Origin: Gammaproteobacteria bacterium
GTDB taxonomy: Bacteria > Pseudomonadota > Gammaproteobacteria > Ga0077536
Assembly (NCBI GenBank): GCA_963662545.2
Contig: CAXXLL010000003.1
Location: 1,216,001 to 1,280,000, forward strand
Reading direction: 5' to 3'
DNA: 64,000 nucleotides
In this document: one piece after another, positions 20,383-29,775 of the stretch
Numbering within the stretch: position 1 is the first letter of the stretch
How the letters are laid out: each line of letters opens with the position of its first letter
Notes under the pieces: model-generated
The model's database searches: none
What the model was told of the DNA's origin: nothing
What the model saw: the letters and a program-made list of their open reading frames with translations, nothing else
Translations under genes and position numbers: made by a program

Positions 20383-21852
20383 TCAGAATACCTCGAAGTA
20401 CTCACGCTGCTCCCAGTCGGTCACGTAGTTGAGGAACCGGCCGATCTCGCACTGCTTCACAGCCAGTATGTAGTCGACGTAGGCGTCACCGAAGGCCTTG
20501 CGGAACAGGGTGCTTTGATCCAGCGCCGCGACGGCATCCATGAGGCTGGCCGGCATCTTGGGCTTGTCGGATTCGTAGGGCGAGATCTCGGGCGCGCCTG
20601 GATCCAGTTGGCGGGATACGCCGTCCATGCCGGCGACGACCTGGGAGGCCATGTAGAGATAGGGATTGGCGCAGGGCTCGCCCGCCCGATTTTCAATGTG
20701 GGTCGAAGGATCGCCTGCTTCACCGAGAACGCGAATTAGCGCTGCGCGATTTTCCGTCGCCCAGGTAATGCGGTCGGGCGCGAACGAATTCGGCGCGAAA
20801 CGCTTGTAGCCGTTGATCGTGGGCGTTGAAAAGACCGATGCCGCGGGCGTATGTTCCAGAATGCCGGCGACGAATTGGCGCCCGAATTCGGAGAGGACCA
20901 GGTCCCCTGCGTCATCACTCGCGAAGCGATTTGCACCCGTGGCATCATCGTACAGTGTCTGGTGCAGGTGCCAGCCGCTGGAAAAAAAATTCGGCAGCGC
21001 CGGCCGCGTCATGAAGGTCGCGTGGTAACCGTGACGCCGGCAGATCTGTTTCGTCGCCGTGCGGAACAGGAGCATGTTGTCGGCACCCGCGAGGCCTCGC
21101 ACCGGATCGAACGTGAATTCGCACTGCCCCGGACCCCATTCGTCTTCCATAGTCCTAAGCGGGAGATCGAGTACTTCCAGGTGATCGTGAAGCAGTTGCA
21201 AGATGGGATCGATCTCGTCCTGCCGCTCCTCGGTCAAGTATTGAAAACCGTGCGCGATAACGCTGACCCGTGGCGGATCCGGCGGGTGGCCCGCCTGCTC
21301 GGGCTCATGCATTGGGTCTTCGAGACGGGTGATGTAGAACTCGATTTCGAGGCCGGATACGTAATTCAGGCCTTGGCCGAGCAAGTCTTCCAGCACCTTG
21401 CGAAACAGCGAGCGGGAATCGAAGGGACAGCGGTTGCCGTCCGCGAGGTGCATCTCCGAGAGCACCCACCCGGTGCGCGGCGCCCAGGGGAGCACCCTGA
21501 ACGTGGTCGGATCGGGCACGAGTATGGCGTCGGGTCCGCCCGCCAAAGCGGTCATGCCGAGACCCGCATCGCTCGAGAACATCGGGGCGAACAGGTGATT
21601 GCTGGTGTCCATGAACAAGGTTGCGGTTTGAAAGTCGACGCCGTTTTTGAGCGCCAGCAAAAAGTCGTGGCTCATCACGTTTTTGCCGCGGACGATGCCG
21701 TGCTGATCGCCCCAGGCGATCCGGATCGTGCGCAGATCGTGCTGCTCGATTTCCGCGGTGATGCGTTTGGCCGCCTCTTGCTGCTCTGTGTTCCATAGTC
21801 CATGCGTCTCGATGAAACCGAGTTTCCCGACGCTGCCTTCCTGCATGGACAT
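20383..21852 (-). CDS. Glutamine synthetase-like gamma-glutamyl ligase (TdnQ/AtdA1-like)
   Basis: DQHGIVRGK, GLEIEFY, EWGPGQCE, SGWHLHQ, IENRAGEP; N-terminus GFIETHGLW resembles the aniline gamma-glutamylating enzymes; probable start 21852 (ORF extends to 21969). Confidence 0.85.
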   Translation of the reverse strand: MSMQEGSVGKLGFIETHGLWNTEQQEAAKRITAEIEQHDLRTIRIAWGDQHGIVRGKNVMSHDFLLALKNGVDFQTATLFMDTSNHLFAPMFSSDAGLGMTALAGGPDAILVPDPTTFRVLPWAPRTGWVLSEMHLADGNRCPFDSRSLFRKVLEDLLGQGLNYVSGLEIEFYITRLEDPMHEPEQAGHPPDPPRVSVIAHGFQYLTEERQDEIDPILQLLHDHLEVLDLPLRTMEDEWGPGQCEFTFDPVRGLAGADNMLLFRTATKQICRRHGYHATFMTRPALPNFFSSGWHLHQTLYDDATGANRFASDDAGDLVLSEFGRQFVAGILEHTPAASVFSTPTINGYKRFAPNSFAPDRITWATENRAALIRVLGEAGDPSTHIENRAGEPCANPYLYMASQVVAGMDGVSRQLDPGAPEISPYESDKPKMPASLMDAVAALDQSTLFRKAFGDAYVDYILAVKQCEIGRFLNYVTDWEQREYFEVF

Positions 21853-21997
21853 GAGAATTTTCTCCGGGGCTGAACCGGCACGAAGTATAGAGAGGCGGCC
21901 CGCCAAAACCAAACCGGACCGGGCTCGCGAGACCACCAAGGCTTTCGTATCATCACCCGTTTGCGACATTGCCTAGCTCGCATCTACGGAGACCTAT

Positions 21998-23233
21998 ATG
22001 ACTTACACCGACGTCGAATGCGAACGGGCGCGCCGGGATTTCCCCGCGCTCGGCGAAACCGTGAACGGTCATGCGCTCGCCTATCTCGACGGCCCCGGGG
22101 GTACCCAGACGCCGCATGCCGTCATCGACGCGGTCGTCGCTTGCTACCGATCACGCAACGCCAATTTCGACGGGAAGTTCGCGACTTCGATCGCTGTCAC
22201 CGAAGGCGTTGCCGCGGCGCGGCGCGCGGTCGCCGATTTTCTGGGCGCGGACGACCCAGCCTCGATTTCCTTCGGCGCGAACATGACCTCGCTCAATTTT
22301 TCCCTAAGCCATGCCCTCGGCCGCGGTCTCAAAGAAGGCGACGAATTGCTGGTCACGGCGCTCGATCACGAAGCCAATCGCGCCCCATGGCTCAAGCTCG
22401 AGGAGCGCGGCGCGATCGTGCGCGAAGTGCGCATGGACGAAACGGGACAGATTGACATGGACGATTTCACCACAAAGTTGGGGGCCAAAACCCGGATCGT
22501 CGCCGTCACCCTGGCCTCGAACGCGTTAGGAACAGTGCCCGATATCGATGCGGTACGCGTACTCGCGCGCTCGGTCGGTGCGATGCTGGTGGTCGACGCC
22601 GTGCATTACGCCGCGCATTTTCCTGTCGACGTCAATGCGCTCGACTGTGATTTTCTGCTGTGCTCGGCGTACAAATTCTATGGACCACACGTCGGTATTC
22701 TCTACGCGCGGCCGGGCTTACTCGATACGCTCGATACCGATCGCCTGCGTACGCAAAAAGCCGAGGCACCCTACCGTATCGAAACCGGCACCCTGAATCA
22801 CGTCGCGATCGACGGCGTGCGCGCGTCAATCGACTACCTGGCGGGCTGGGGAACGGGCAGCAGCCGGCGCGACCGGCTGGTCGATGCCATGGGTGCGATC
22901 GCACGCTACGAACACGAACTCGCGCGTTACTACCACGATGGGCTCGAAACCATCGCCGGCCTCACACGTTGGGGCCCCGCTTTCGACGCGGCGCCGCGCG
23001 CACCCACCGTGTCCGTGACACTTGAGCGCGGCACGCCCGAAGAGGCCGCCGCCGAACTCGGACGAACGGGCCTGCAGCTGTGGCACGGCCATTTCTATGC
23101 GCTCAGGGTGATGGAATGCCTGGGGGTCGCCGCGGGCGGCATGCTGCGCGCCGGTATCTCCATGTACAACACCCGCGCTGAGATCGATCGTCTCCTCGAG
23201 GGACTGGAACGCTTCCAAGGCACCCGGCGTTGA
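21998..23233 (+). CDS. Cysteine desulfurase-like protein (aminotransferase class V)
   Basis: YLDGPGGTQ, LDHEAN, VDAVHY, CSAYKFYGPH. Confidence 0.88.
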   Translation: MTYTDVECERARRDFPALGETVNGHALAYLDGPGGTQTPHAVIDAVVACYRSRNANFDGKFATSIAVTEGVAAARRAVADFLGADDPASISFGANMTSLNFSLSHALGRGLKEGDELLVTALDHEANRAPWLKLEERGAIVREVRMDETGQIDMDDFTTKLGAKTRIVAVTLASNALGTVPDIDAVRVLARSVGAMLVVDAVHYAAHFPVDVNALDCDFLLCSAYKFYGPHVGILYARPGLLDTLDTDRLRTQKAEAPYRIETGTLNHVAIDGVRASIDYLAGWGTGSSRRDRLVDAMGAIARYEHELARYYHDGLETIAGLTRWGPAFDAAPRAPTVSVTLERGTPEEAAAELGRTGLQLWHGHFYALRVMECLGVAAGGMLRAGISMYNTRAEIDRLLEGLERFQGTRR

Positions 23234-23239
23234 CGGCAG

Positions 23240-23273
23240 TTGTACGTCGCTGATCTATGCATTATAATTCATA
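23240..23273 (+). promoter_or_regulatory. Sigma70 promoter of box operon with overlapping BoxR/BzdR-like operator
   Basis: TTGTAC-N17-TATAAT; near-palindrome TATGCATTATAATTCATA (23256-23273) resembling TGCA-N6-TGCA. Confidence 0.65.
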
Positions 23274-23312
23274 TAGTCTTCTCCTTATTCTGCAATATTC
23301 TGCGTAACTCGA

Positions 23313-24227
23313 ATGAGCCAAGCCTCGACCAAGCCGGCATCGGCCGACGCTTCAAGCTACCTGCAAATGCTCGGACGCCGTACACGCCGCATCCGCGCAC
23401 AGCGCGGCATGTCCCGCCGTATCTTGTCGGCATCCTCCGGTGTATCGGAGCGTTACCTGGCGCAGCTCGAAGCGGGCAAGGGCAACGCCTCCATCCTCCT
23501 ATTGAAAGCGATCGCCGAAGCCATGAACATCGCCATCGACGACCTCGTCGACGCCCTCGACGAACGACCCGTCGAATACCTGCTGTTGCGCGAACGGCTG
23601 CGAGCCGCCTCGGAGGAAACGCTGCGCCGTATGAACGCAAGCATTCGTACGGAGGACGATGCCGGTGATCGTCAGCCGACTCGCGTCGCCTTGATCGGTC
23701 TTCGTGGCGCCGGCAAAAGTACTATCGGTGCAGCGCTCGCCAAGCGCGCCGACGTCCCCTTCGTCGAACTCGTACAGGAAATCGAACGCGCGGCAGGCAT
23801 GGGCGTCAGCGAGATCTTTTCGCTGGGCGGTCAGAGTGCTTACCGCCGCTTCGAACGGGACGCGCTCAACGCTACGCTCGAACGTTTCGACCGCGCTGTC
23901 GTCGCGGTCGGCGGCAGCCTCGTATCGGAACCCGAAACCTATGAGCTATTGCTGAATTCCTGTTACACCGTGTGGCTAGCAGCCTCACCGCAAGAACACA
24001 TGGAACGCGTGCTCGCTCAGGGCGACCACCGACCGATGGCCAGTCACCGTAACGCCATGGCCGATCTCAAGCGCATCTTGAAGGAACGAAAAGCGCTTTA
24101 CAGCCGCGCGAATGTGCGTGTCGACAGTTCACGCTCGAGCGTAGACGAAACCCTTTGCCAGCTACTCGAACTCGCACCCGTACGCACATTCATTTCGGTC
24201 AGACGAGACAGACCGTCCACGGCCTGA
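23313..24227 (+). CDS. boxR: BoxR/BzdR transcriptional regulator (XRE HTH plus shikimate kinase-like domain)
   Basis: SGVSERYLAQLEAGKGN; ALIGLRGAGKST. Confidence 0.9.
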   Translation: MSQASTKPASADASSYLQMLGRRTRRIRAQRGMSRRILSASSGVSERYLAQLEAGKGNASILLLKAIAEAMNIAIDDLVDALDERPVEYLLLRERLRAASEETLRRMNASIRTEDDAGDRQPTRVALIGLRGAGKSTIGAALAKRADVPFVELVQEIERAAGMGVSEIFSLGGQSAYRRFERDALNATLERFDRAVVAVGGSLVSEPETYELLLNSCYTVWLAASPQEHMERVLAQGDHRPMASHRNAMADLKRILKERKALYSRANVRVDSSRSSVDETLCQLLELAPVRTFISVRRDRPSTA

Positions 24228-24230
24228 CCG

Positions 24231-25925
24231 GTGAATACGACTGACAATGCCTTCATGCAGAACGTACCCGCTGGTGCGATCGATCTGCAGACCTCGCCCG
24301 ATCGCTACCACCATTGGGATCTACGGATCGACGGCCGTGTCGCGTGGCTGGGTCTGGACGTCGACGGGGCAGCAATCATCGGCGAGGGCTACGAACTCAA
24401 GTCGAATTCCTACGATCTCGGCGTTGACATCGAACTGCACGACGCCGTTCAGCGCCTGCGCTTCGAGCACCCGGAGGTCGGCTGCGTTGTTATTCATTCA
24501 AACAATGATCGGGTTTTCTGCGCTGGCGCCAACATCAAGATGCTGGGACGAGCGACGCACGAACACAAAGTCAACTTCTGCAAGTTCACCAACGAAACGC
24601 GGAACGGTATGGAAGACGCCCAGACAGGTTCAGGACAGGCGTATCTCTGTGCGATCAAGGGCTCCTGCGCCGGCGGCGGATACGAACTGGCCCTGGCCTG
24701 CGGGGAGATCATCATGGCCGACGATGGCGCGAGCGCGGTATCCCTGCCTGAGTTGCCGCTGCTCGCGGTGCTGCCGGGTACGGGCGGGCTCACGCGTCTC
24801 GTGGATAAGCGCCACGTGCGCCGCGACCACGCCGATTTCTTCTGCACCGTGGAGGAAGGCATCCGCGGCCAGCGCGCGGTCGACTGGCGCCTTGTCGATG
24901 AAGTCGTACCCTTGTCCTCGTTCGATGCGCGCGTTGCGGAGCGCGCGGAGCACCTGGCCGCGGATTCCGATCGCCCGAAAGAGGCCGCCGGCGTGCACCT
25001 TGCTCCCATCGACCGAAGCTTCGGTGAGGATGCGATTACTTATCGATACCTTGAAATCGTCATCGAACGCGACCGCGGTCTGGCGACTTTGACCTTCAAA
25101 GGACCAACCGCCCCGTTGCCCGATACTACCGACGCCATCGTCGCGACGGGGGCCGATTTCTGGCCGCTCGCGCTCATGCGTGAGCTGGACGATGCAATCT
25201 TGCACCTGCGCTTCAACCGAGAAGAGATCGGCACGTGGATGTTCCGATCCGAAGGGGATCCGAAACAGGTGATCACCGCCGATCGCATCCTCGAAGCCCA
25301 TGCAAACCATTGGTTCGTCCGCGAGATCCTGCTCTTCGCCCGCCGCGTATTAAAGCGGGTCGACGTCTCCGCGCGAAGCCTGCTCGCGGTGATCGAGCCC
25401 GGCAGTTGCTTCGCCGGCACCTTGTTTGAACTCGTGCTCGCTGCCGACCAGATCTACATGCTTTCAGGTCAGTTTGAAAATGACCAAGCGCCGCCGGCGA
25501 CGGTGGCCTTAAGCGAATTAAATTTCGGGCGCTATGCGATGGTCAACGGCATCACGCGGCTCGAAGCACGCTACCAGCACGATCTCGATGCAATCTCCGA
25601 TCTGCGCGCCTCGATCGCCGAACCGCTTAAAGCGGAGCGCGCCATGGAACTCGGCCTCGTCACCTTCATACCGGACGACATCGACTGGGAAGAAGAACTC
25701 AGGATCCTGATCGAGGCGCGCGCGGGCTTTTCACCCGACGCCCTGACTGGCATGGAGGCCAACTTGCGCTTCCCGGGCCCCGAAACCATGGAATCGAAGA
25801 TCTTCGCGCGCCTCAGCGCATGGCAGAATTGGATCTTTCAACGGCCGAACGCAGTCGGCGAAAAAGGTGCGCTGGTGCTCTACGGCACCGGCGAGCGTCC
25901 CCGCTTTCAAAAGCGCCGAGCCTGA
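24231..25925 (+). CDS. boxC: 2,3-epoxybenzoyl-CoA dihydrolase
   Basis: SYDLGVDIELHDAVQRLRFEHP, KVNFCKFTNETR, WQNWIFQRPNAVG. Confidence 0.96.
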   Translation: MNTTDNAFMQNVPAGAIDLQTSPDRYHHWDLRIDGRVAWLGLDVDGAAIIGEGYELKSNSYDLGVDIELHDAVQRLRFEHPEVGCVVIHSNNDRVFCAGANIKMLGRATHEHKVNFCKFTNETRNGMEDAQTGSGQAYLCAIKGSCAGGGYELALACGEIIMADDGASAVSLPELPLLAVLPGTGGLTRLVDKRHVRRDHADFFCTVEEGIRGQRAVDWRLVDEVVPLSSFDARVAERAEHLAADSDRPKEAAGVHLAPIDRSFGEDAITYRYLEIVIERDRGLATLTFKGPTAPLPDTTDAIVATGADFWPLALMRELDDAILHLRFNREEIGTWMFRSEGDPKQVITADRILEAHANHWFVREILLFARRVLKRVDVSARSLLAVIEPGSCFAGTLFELVLAADQIYMLSGQFENDQAPPATVALSELNFGRYAMVNGITRLEARYQHDLDAISDLRASIAEPLKAERAMELGLVTFIPDDIDWEEELRILIEARAGFSPDALTGMEANLRFPGPETMESKIFARLSAWQNWIFQRPNAVGEKGALVLYGTGERPRFQKRRA

Positions 25926-25946
25926 GCGCGAGCTAGACCCCCAATC

Positions 25947-27368
25947 ATGACGGCACGAGTCGATTTCAGCCAACTCATCCCGAACAACATCGATCTCGCC
26001 TCTGATCGCAGACTCAATCGTGCGCTGGAAAGCTGGCATCCCAAATTCATGGAGTGGTGGAAAGCTTGTGGGCCGGAGCGGTACCAGGACAAAGAGATTT
26101 ACCTGCGCACTGCGATCAGCGTCGACAAGAAGGGCTGGGCGCAGTTCGACTACGTCATGATGCCGGAGTATCGCTGGGGAATCTTTCTCGCCGAAACCGA
26201 CAGCGAGAATAAACGCATCAACTTCGGCGATCACAAGGGCGAATCCGTGTGGCGGGAAGTGCCGGGTGAATACCGCAGTCCCTTGCGCCGTCTGATCGTG
26301 ACTCAGGGAGACACCGAACCCGCCTCGGTCGAACAGCAGCACCGCCTCGCGGCCAGCGCGCCGTCGCTCATCGACATGCGCAGCCTGTTTCAGATCAACG
26401 TCGAGGAAGCCCGCCATCTGTGGGCCATGGTCTACCTCCTGATGGCCTACTTCGGCCGCGACGGCCGCGAAGAGGCCGAGGAACTCCTGCAGCGACGCTC
26501 GGGTGATCCGGATAAGCCGCGCATCCTCGGCGCCTTCAATGAACCTACGCCGGATTGGCTGTCGTTTTTTATGTTCACGTTCTTCACTGATCGCGATGGC
26601 AAATACCAGCTCGCATCGCTGGCGGAATCGGCCTTTGTTCCGCTTGCCCGCACCTGCCAGTTTATGCTGACCGAGGAAGCCCACCATATGTACGTCGGGG
26701 AAACCGGCGTCAGTCGCATCGTACAAAAAGCCTGTGAACTCATGCGCGAAAAGAAAATCGACGACGTCCGGCGACACGGTGCGATCGATCTACCGACCAT
26801 GCAGAAGTACATCAACTTCCACTTCAGTGTGTCTGAAGACCTGTTTGGCGCGGAACAGTCGACCAACGCCGCCAATTACTTTACCCAGGGAATCAAGGGC
26901 CGCTACCAGGAATCCCGACTGACCGACGATCATCAACTGAAAGACGAACCCTACCGAGTGCTGCAAGTCAAAGACGGTCGGTTCGTCGAGAACGAGGTGT
27001 CCGCGCTGACGGCGATCAACGAGCGCCTGCGCGACGATTACGTTGACGATTGCCAGCGCGGCGTCGATCGCTGGAACAAGATCATCGCGGATCGGGACAT
27101 CGATTTCGAACTCAAGCTCCCTCATCGCGCCTTCCATCGCCGGATCGGACGTTTCGCCAACACCAGCGTAACGCCCGACGGCGTAATTCTAGGCGCCGAC
27201 GAGTGGCAAGCTCGCCAGCACGAATGGCTGCCAAGCGAAGAGGACCACGAGTACATTCTTTCGCTCATGCAGCAGGTGACCGAACCGGACGAATTCGCGT
27301 CCTGGATTGCACCGCCGCGGATAGGCATCAATAATCAGCCGGTCGATTTCCCCTACGTGAGGCTTTAA
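25947..27368 (+). CDS. boxB: Benzoyl-CoA 2,3-epoxidase subunit B
   Basis: TQGDTEPASVEQQ, NVEEARHLWAM, LTEEAHHM diiron motifs. Confidence 0.97.
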   Translation: MTARVDFSQLIPNNIDLASDRRLNRALESWHPKFMEWWKACGPERYQDKEIYLRTAISVDKKGWAQFDYVMMPEYRWGIFLAETDSENKRINFGDHKGESVWREVPGEYRSPLRRLIVTQGDTEPASVEQQHRLAASAPSLIDMRSLFQINVEEARHLWAMVYLLMAYFGRDGREEAEELLQRRSGDPDKPRILGAFNEPTPDWLSFFMFTFFTDRDGKYQLASLAESAFVPLARTCQFMLTEEAHHMYVGETGVSRIVQKACELMREKKIDDVRRHGAIDLPTMQKYINFHFSVSEDLFGAEQSTNAANYFTQGIKGRYQESRLTDDHQLKDEPYRVLQVKDGRFVENEVSALTAINERLRDDYVDDCQRGVDRWNKIIADRDIDFELKLPHRAFHRRIGRFANTSVTPDGVILGADEWQARQHEWLPSEEDHEYILSLMQQVTEPDEFASWIAPPRIGINNQPVDFPYVRL

Positions 27369-27530
27369 GGGCCCTCTGAATAAGTCATGGCACATCTGCC
27401 TTGCCCATAAAATCGCGCAGCTCGGCGTTACGAACCTTGCCAATAGTCCCCGCTATTACCCGCGATTCGTGCCTTGATCTGCACAATTTTATAAACAATT
27501 CAGACGCACCATGACTTATTCAGAGGTCCC
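27369..27530. mobile_element. 162-bp MITE, family A, copy 2
   Basis: Same TIRs; TTAA duplicated at 27365-68 (includes boxB stop) and 27531-34. Confidence 0.9.
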
Positions 27531-27536
27531 TTAACA

Positions 27537-27851
27537 ATGGGTGTGGTCCTCGCCACCGACCGCGACGGAATCGAGCACGCACTTGGGGCGCGTGAAGGCT
27601 ACACGCTGATGGAGATCCTGCGCGACGCGGGCCTGCCGGTCGAGGCCATCTGCGGCGGCCAGTGCATTTGTTCCACCTGCCACGTCTATATCGATAGCGA
27701 ATGGACGGAGCGGTTGAAAGCGCGCGCGGAAGACGAGCAGATCATGGTCGAAGATACGGGCCACTTTCAGGATAATTCCAGACTCGCCTGCCAGATCGAT
27801 TACACCGAACGCTTGGATGGAATCAGGGTAACCCTGGCGCCTGAATTCTGA
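27537..27851 (+). CDS. [2Fe-2S] ferredoxin (adrenodoxin/putidaredoxin type)
   Basis: CGGQCICSTCHV...SRLACQI. Confidence 0.92.
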   Translation: MGVVLATDRDGIEHALGAREGYTLMEILRDAGLPVEAICGGQCICSTCHVYIDSEWTERLKARAEDEQIMVEDTGHFQDNSRLACQIDYTERLDGIRVTLAPEF

Positions 27852-29431
27852 TGCAGGGCCAGAGCCGCGCGGACCACGGCACCTCACCGCCGATCATAGA
27901 GATACCGCGGGAGTACAACGCTGCCTTCGACTTGCTGTCCAGAAACTTGAGCGGCGATCGCGCCGACCAATGCGCCTATATCGACGACGAAGGCCGCTAC
28001 AGCTTCAGCGACCTCAACGAGCGCTCGGCCCGCGCGGCGGCGATGCTCCGCGGATTTGGACTCGACATGGAGCAGCGCGTGGTCGTGTGCATGCACGATT
28101 CCTTTGCGCTGCCGAGTGTGTTCCTGGGCGCCATCCGGGCCGGTATCGTGCCGGTGCTGGTCAACACCCTGCTGACGGCGGACGACTACGCCTGGATGCT
28201 CAGGGACAGCCGCGCACAGGTCGCGATCGTCTCGGTCCCGCTGCTACCCCTGTTCGAACCCCTGCTCGAGTCCGTGCCGGGTTTTGAGCGTGTGATCGCG
28301 AGCGGCGCCGGCACAGCGGGACCTGACGAACTCACCGCCCTCATCGACGCAGCCCCTGCCGACCCTGCGATCGCGCCAACCGTCGTCGACGACGCCTGCT
28401 TCTGGCTTTATTCTTCGGGCTCGACCGGCACGCCCAAGGGCACGGTGCACGTGCACTCGAGCATGATCCAGACCGCCGAGCTCTACGCGCGCCCCGTGCT
28501 CGGCATCAACGAAAACGATACGGTGTTCTCCGCAGCGAAACTCTTCTTCGCTTACGGCCTCGGGAATGCGCTGAGTTTTCCCTTGAGCGTCGGTGCCACG
28601 ACCCTGCTCATGGCCGAACGCCCTACGCCAGCGGCCGTGTTCGAACGTTTGCGATCACACCGGATCACGATCTTCTGCGCTGTGCCAACGCTCTACGCGG
28701 CGCTCCTGGCGGATTCCGAATTGCCGGCGGCAGACGAATTGAACCTGCGCCATTGCATCTCCGCGGGAGAGCCCCTGCCTGTAGACATCGCGCGCCGTTG
28801 GCACCAGCATTTCGGCGTCAATATCCTCGATGGTATCGGCTCGACCGAGATGCTCCACATCTTCCTGTCGAATCGCGCCGGTACCCTGCGCTACGGCACG
28901 ACGGGTAAGCCGCTACCCGGTTATGAGTTGCGCATCGTCGATGACGAAGGCGCGGCCGTTGCGCAGGGCGAGATCGGCGAACTGCAGGTATCGGGACCGA
29001 CTGCGGCATCGATGTATTGGAACAATCGCGACAAGACTCGAGGCACGTTCTTGGGCGAATGGACGCGCACGGGAGACAAATACCGACGCGACGAAGACGG
29101 TTTCTACGTGTTCTGCGGCCGCAGCGACGACATGCTAAAAGTGGGGGGCATTTATGTTTCACCGACCGAAGTCGAAGGCGCGCTGATAATGCATGCAGCG
29201 GTGCTGGAAGCCGCCGTGGTGGGGCGCGCGGACGACGCGGCGTTGATCAAGCCAGCAGCCTACGTCGTGCTGCAGCCGGGCGTGACCGGGTCCGAAAAGC
29301 TAGCCGCCACCCTCAAGGCCCACGTCAAATCGCAGCTCGCCCCGTACAAATACCCCCGCTGGATCGAATTCGTGAGCGATCTGCCCAAAACCGCGACGGG
29401 TAAAATACAGCGCTTCAAACTCAGGAATTAA
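27851..29431 (+). CDS. Benzoate--CoA ligase
   Basis: WLYSSGSTGTPKG, AKLFFAYGLGN, DGIGSTEMLHIF. Confidence 0.93.
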   Translation: MQGQSRADHGTSPPIIEIPREYNAAFDLLSRNLSGDRADQCAYIDDEGRYSFSDLNERSARAAAMLRGFGLDMEQRVVVCMHDSFALPSVFLGAIRAGIVPVLVNTLLTADDYAWMLRDSRAQVAIVSVPLLPLFEPLLESVPGFERVIASGAGTAGPDELTALIDAAPADPAIAPTVVDDACFWLYSSGSTGTPKGTVHVHSSMIQTAELYARPVLGINENDTVFSAAKLFFAYGLGNALSFPLSVGATTLLMAERPTPAAVFERLRSHRITIFCAVPTLYAALLADSELPAADELNLRHCISAGEPLPVDIARRWHQHFGVNILDGIGSTEMLHIFLSNRAGTLRYGTTGKPLPGYELRIVDDEGAAVAQGEIGELQVSGPTAASMYWNNRDKTRGTFLGEWTRTGDKYRRDEDGFYVFCGRSDDMLKVGGIYVSPTEVEGALIMHAAVLEAAVVGRADDAALIKPAAYVVLQPGVTGSEKLAATLKAHVKSQLAPYKYPRWIEFVSDLPKTATGKIQRFKLRN

Positions 29432-29674
29432 GACACGGCGATGATGCGCCGGAATCGCACCGATAGTCCGACCGGCCGACAGCGACCATAACCGGGTATT
29501 GCGCCTCCAAAACGAACGAAACGCACTGATTCACAACTATTCTGCCGGCCCTCTCCCACCCGCATCGCTACGACTCCTTAAGTCCGATAGCCGCTTAACT
29601 TGTGCTTTGACACCCGGGATAACACAATATCTGGGGGATAAGACCAGATCGGAGTGCCGATGAGCAATGCATTA

Positions 29675-29758
29675 GGAGCCTGCCGGGCGACCCTTTCGAG
29701 CGCCGGTTCACGGCTCCATCGTAGCGGAAGCGTCGCGGGACGGTCCGTTAAAAGTCCC
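29675..29758 (+). ncRNA. Candidate structured cis-regulatory RNA (unassigned)
   Basis: Nested stems GGAGCC/GGCTCC and GCCGGGCG/CGCCGGT, CT-TTCG-AG hairpin, then GGGAC/GTCCC hairpin, just upstream of the signalling operon. Confidence 0.4.
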
Positions 29759-29775
29759 ACTCGTTCCTGACGACA

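Noticed and set aside
20383-21969. Calling the GS-like gene glnA
   Set aside because: N-terminus and gene context fit gamma-glutamyl-amide ligases rather than housekeeping GSI.
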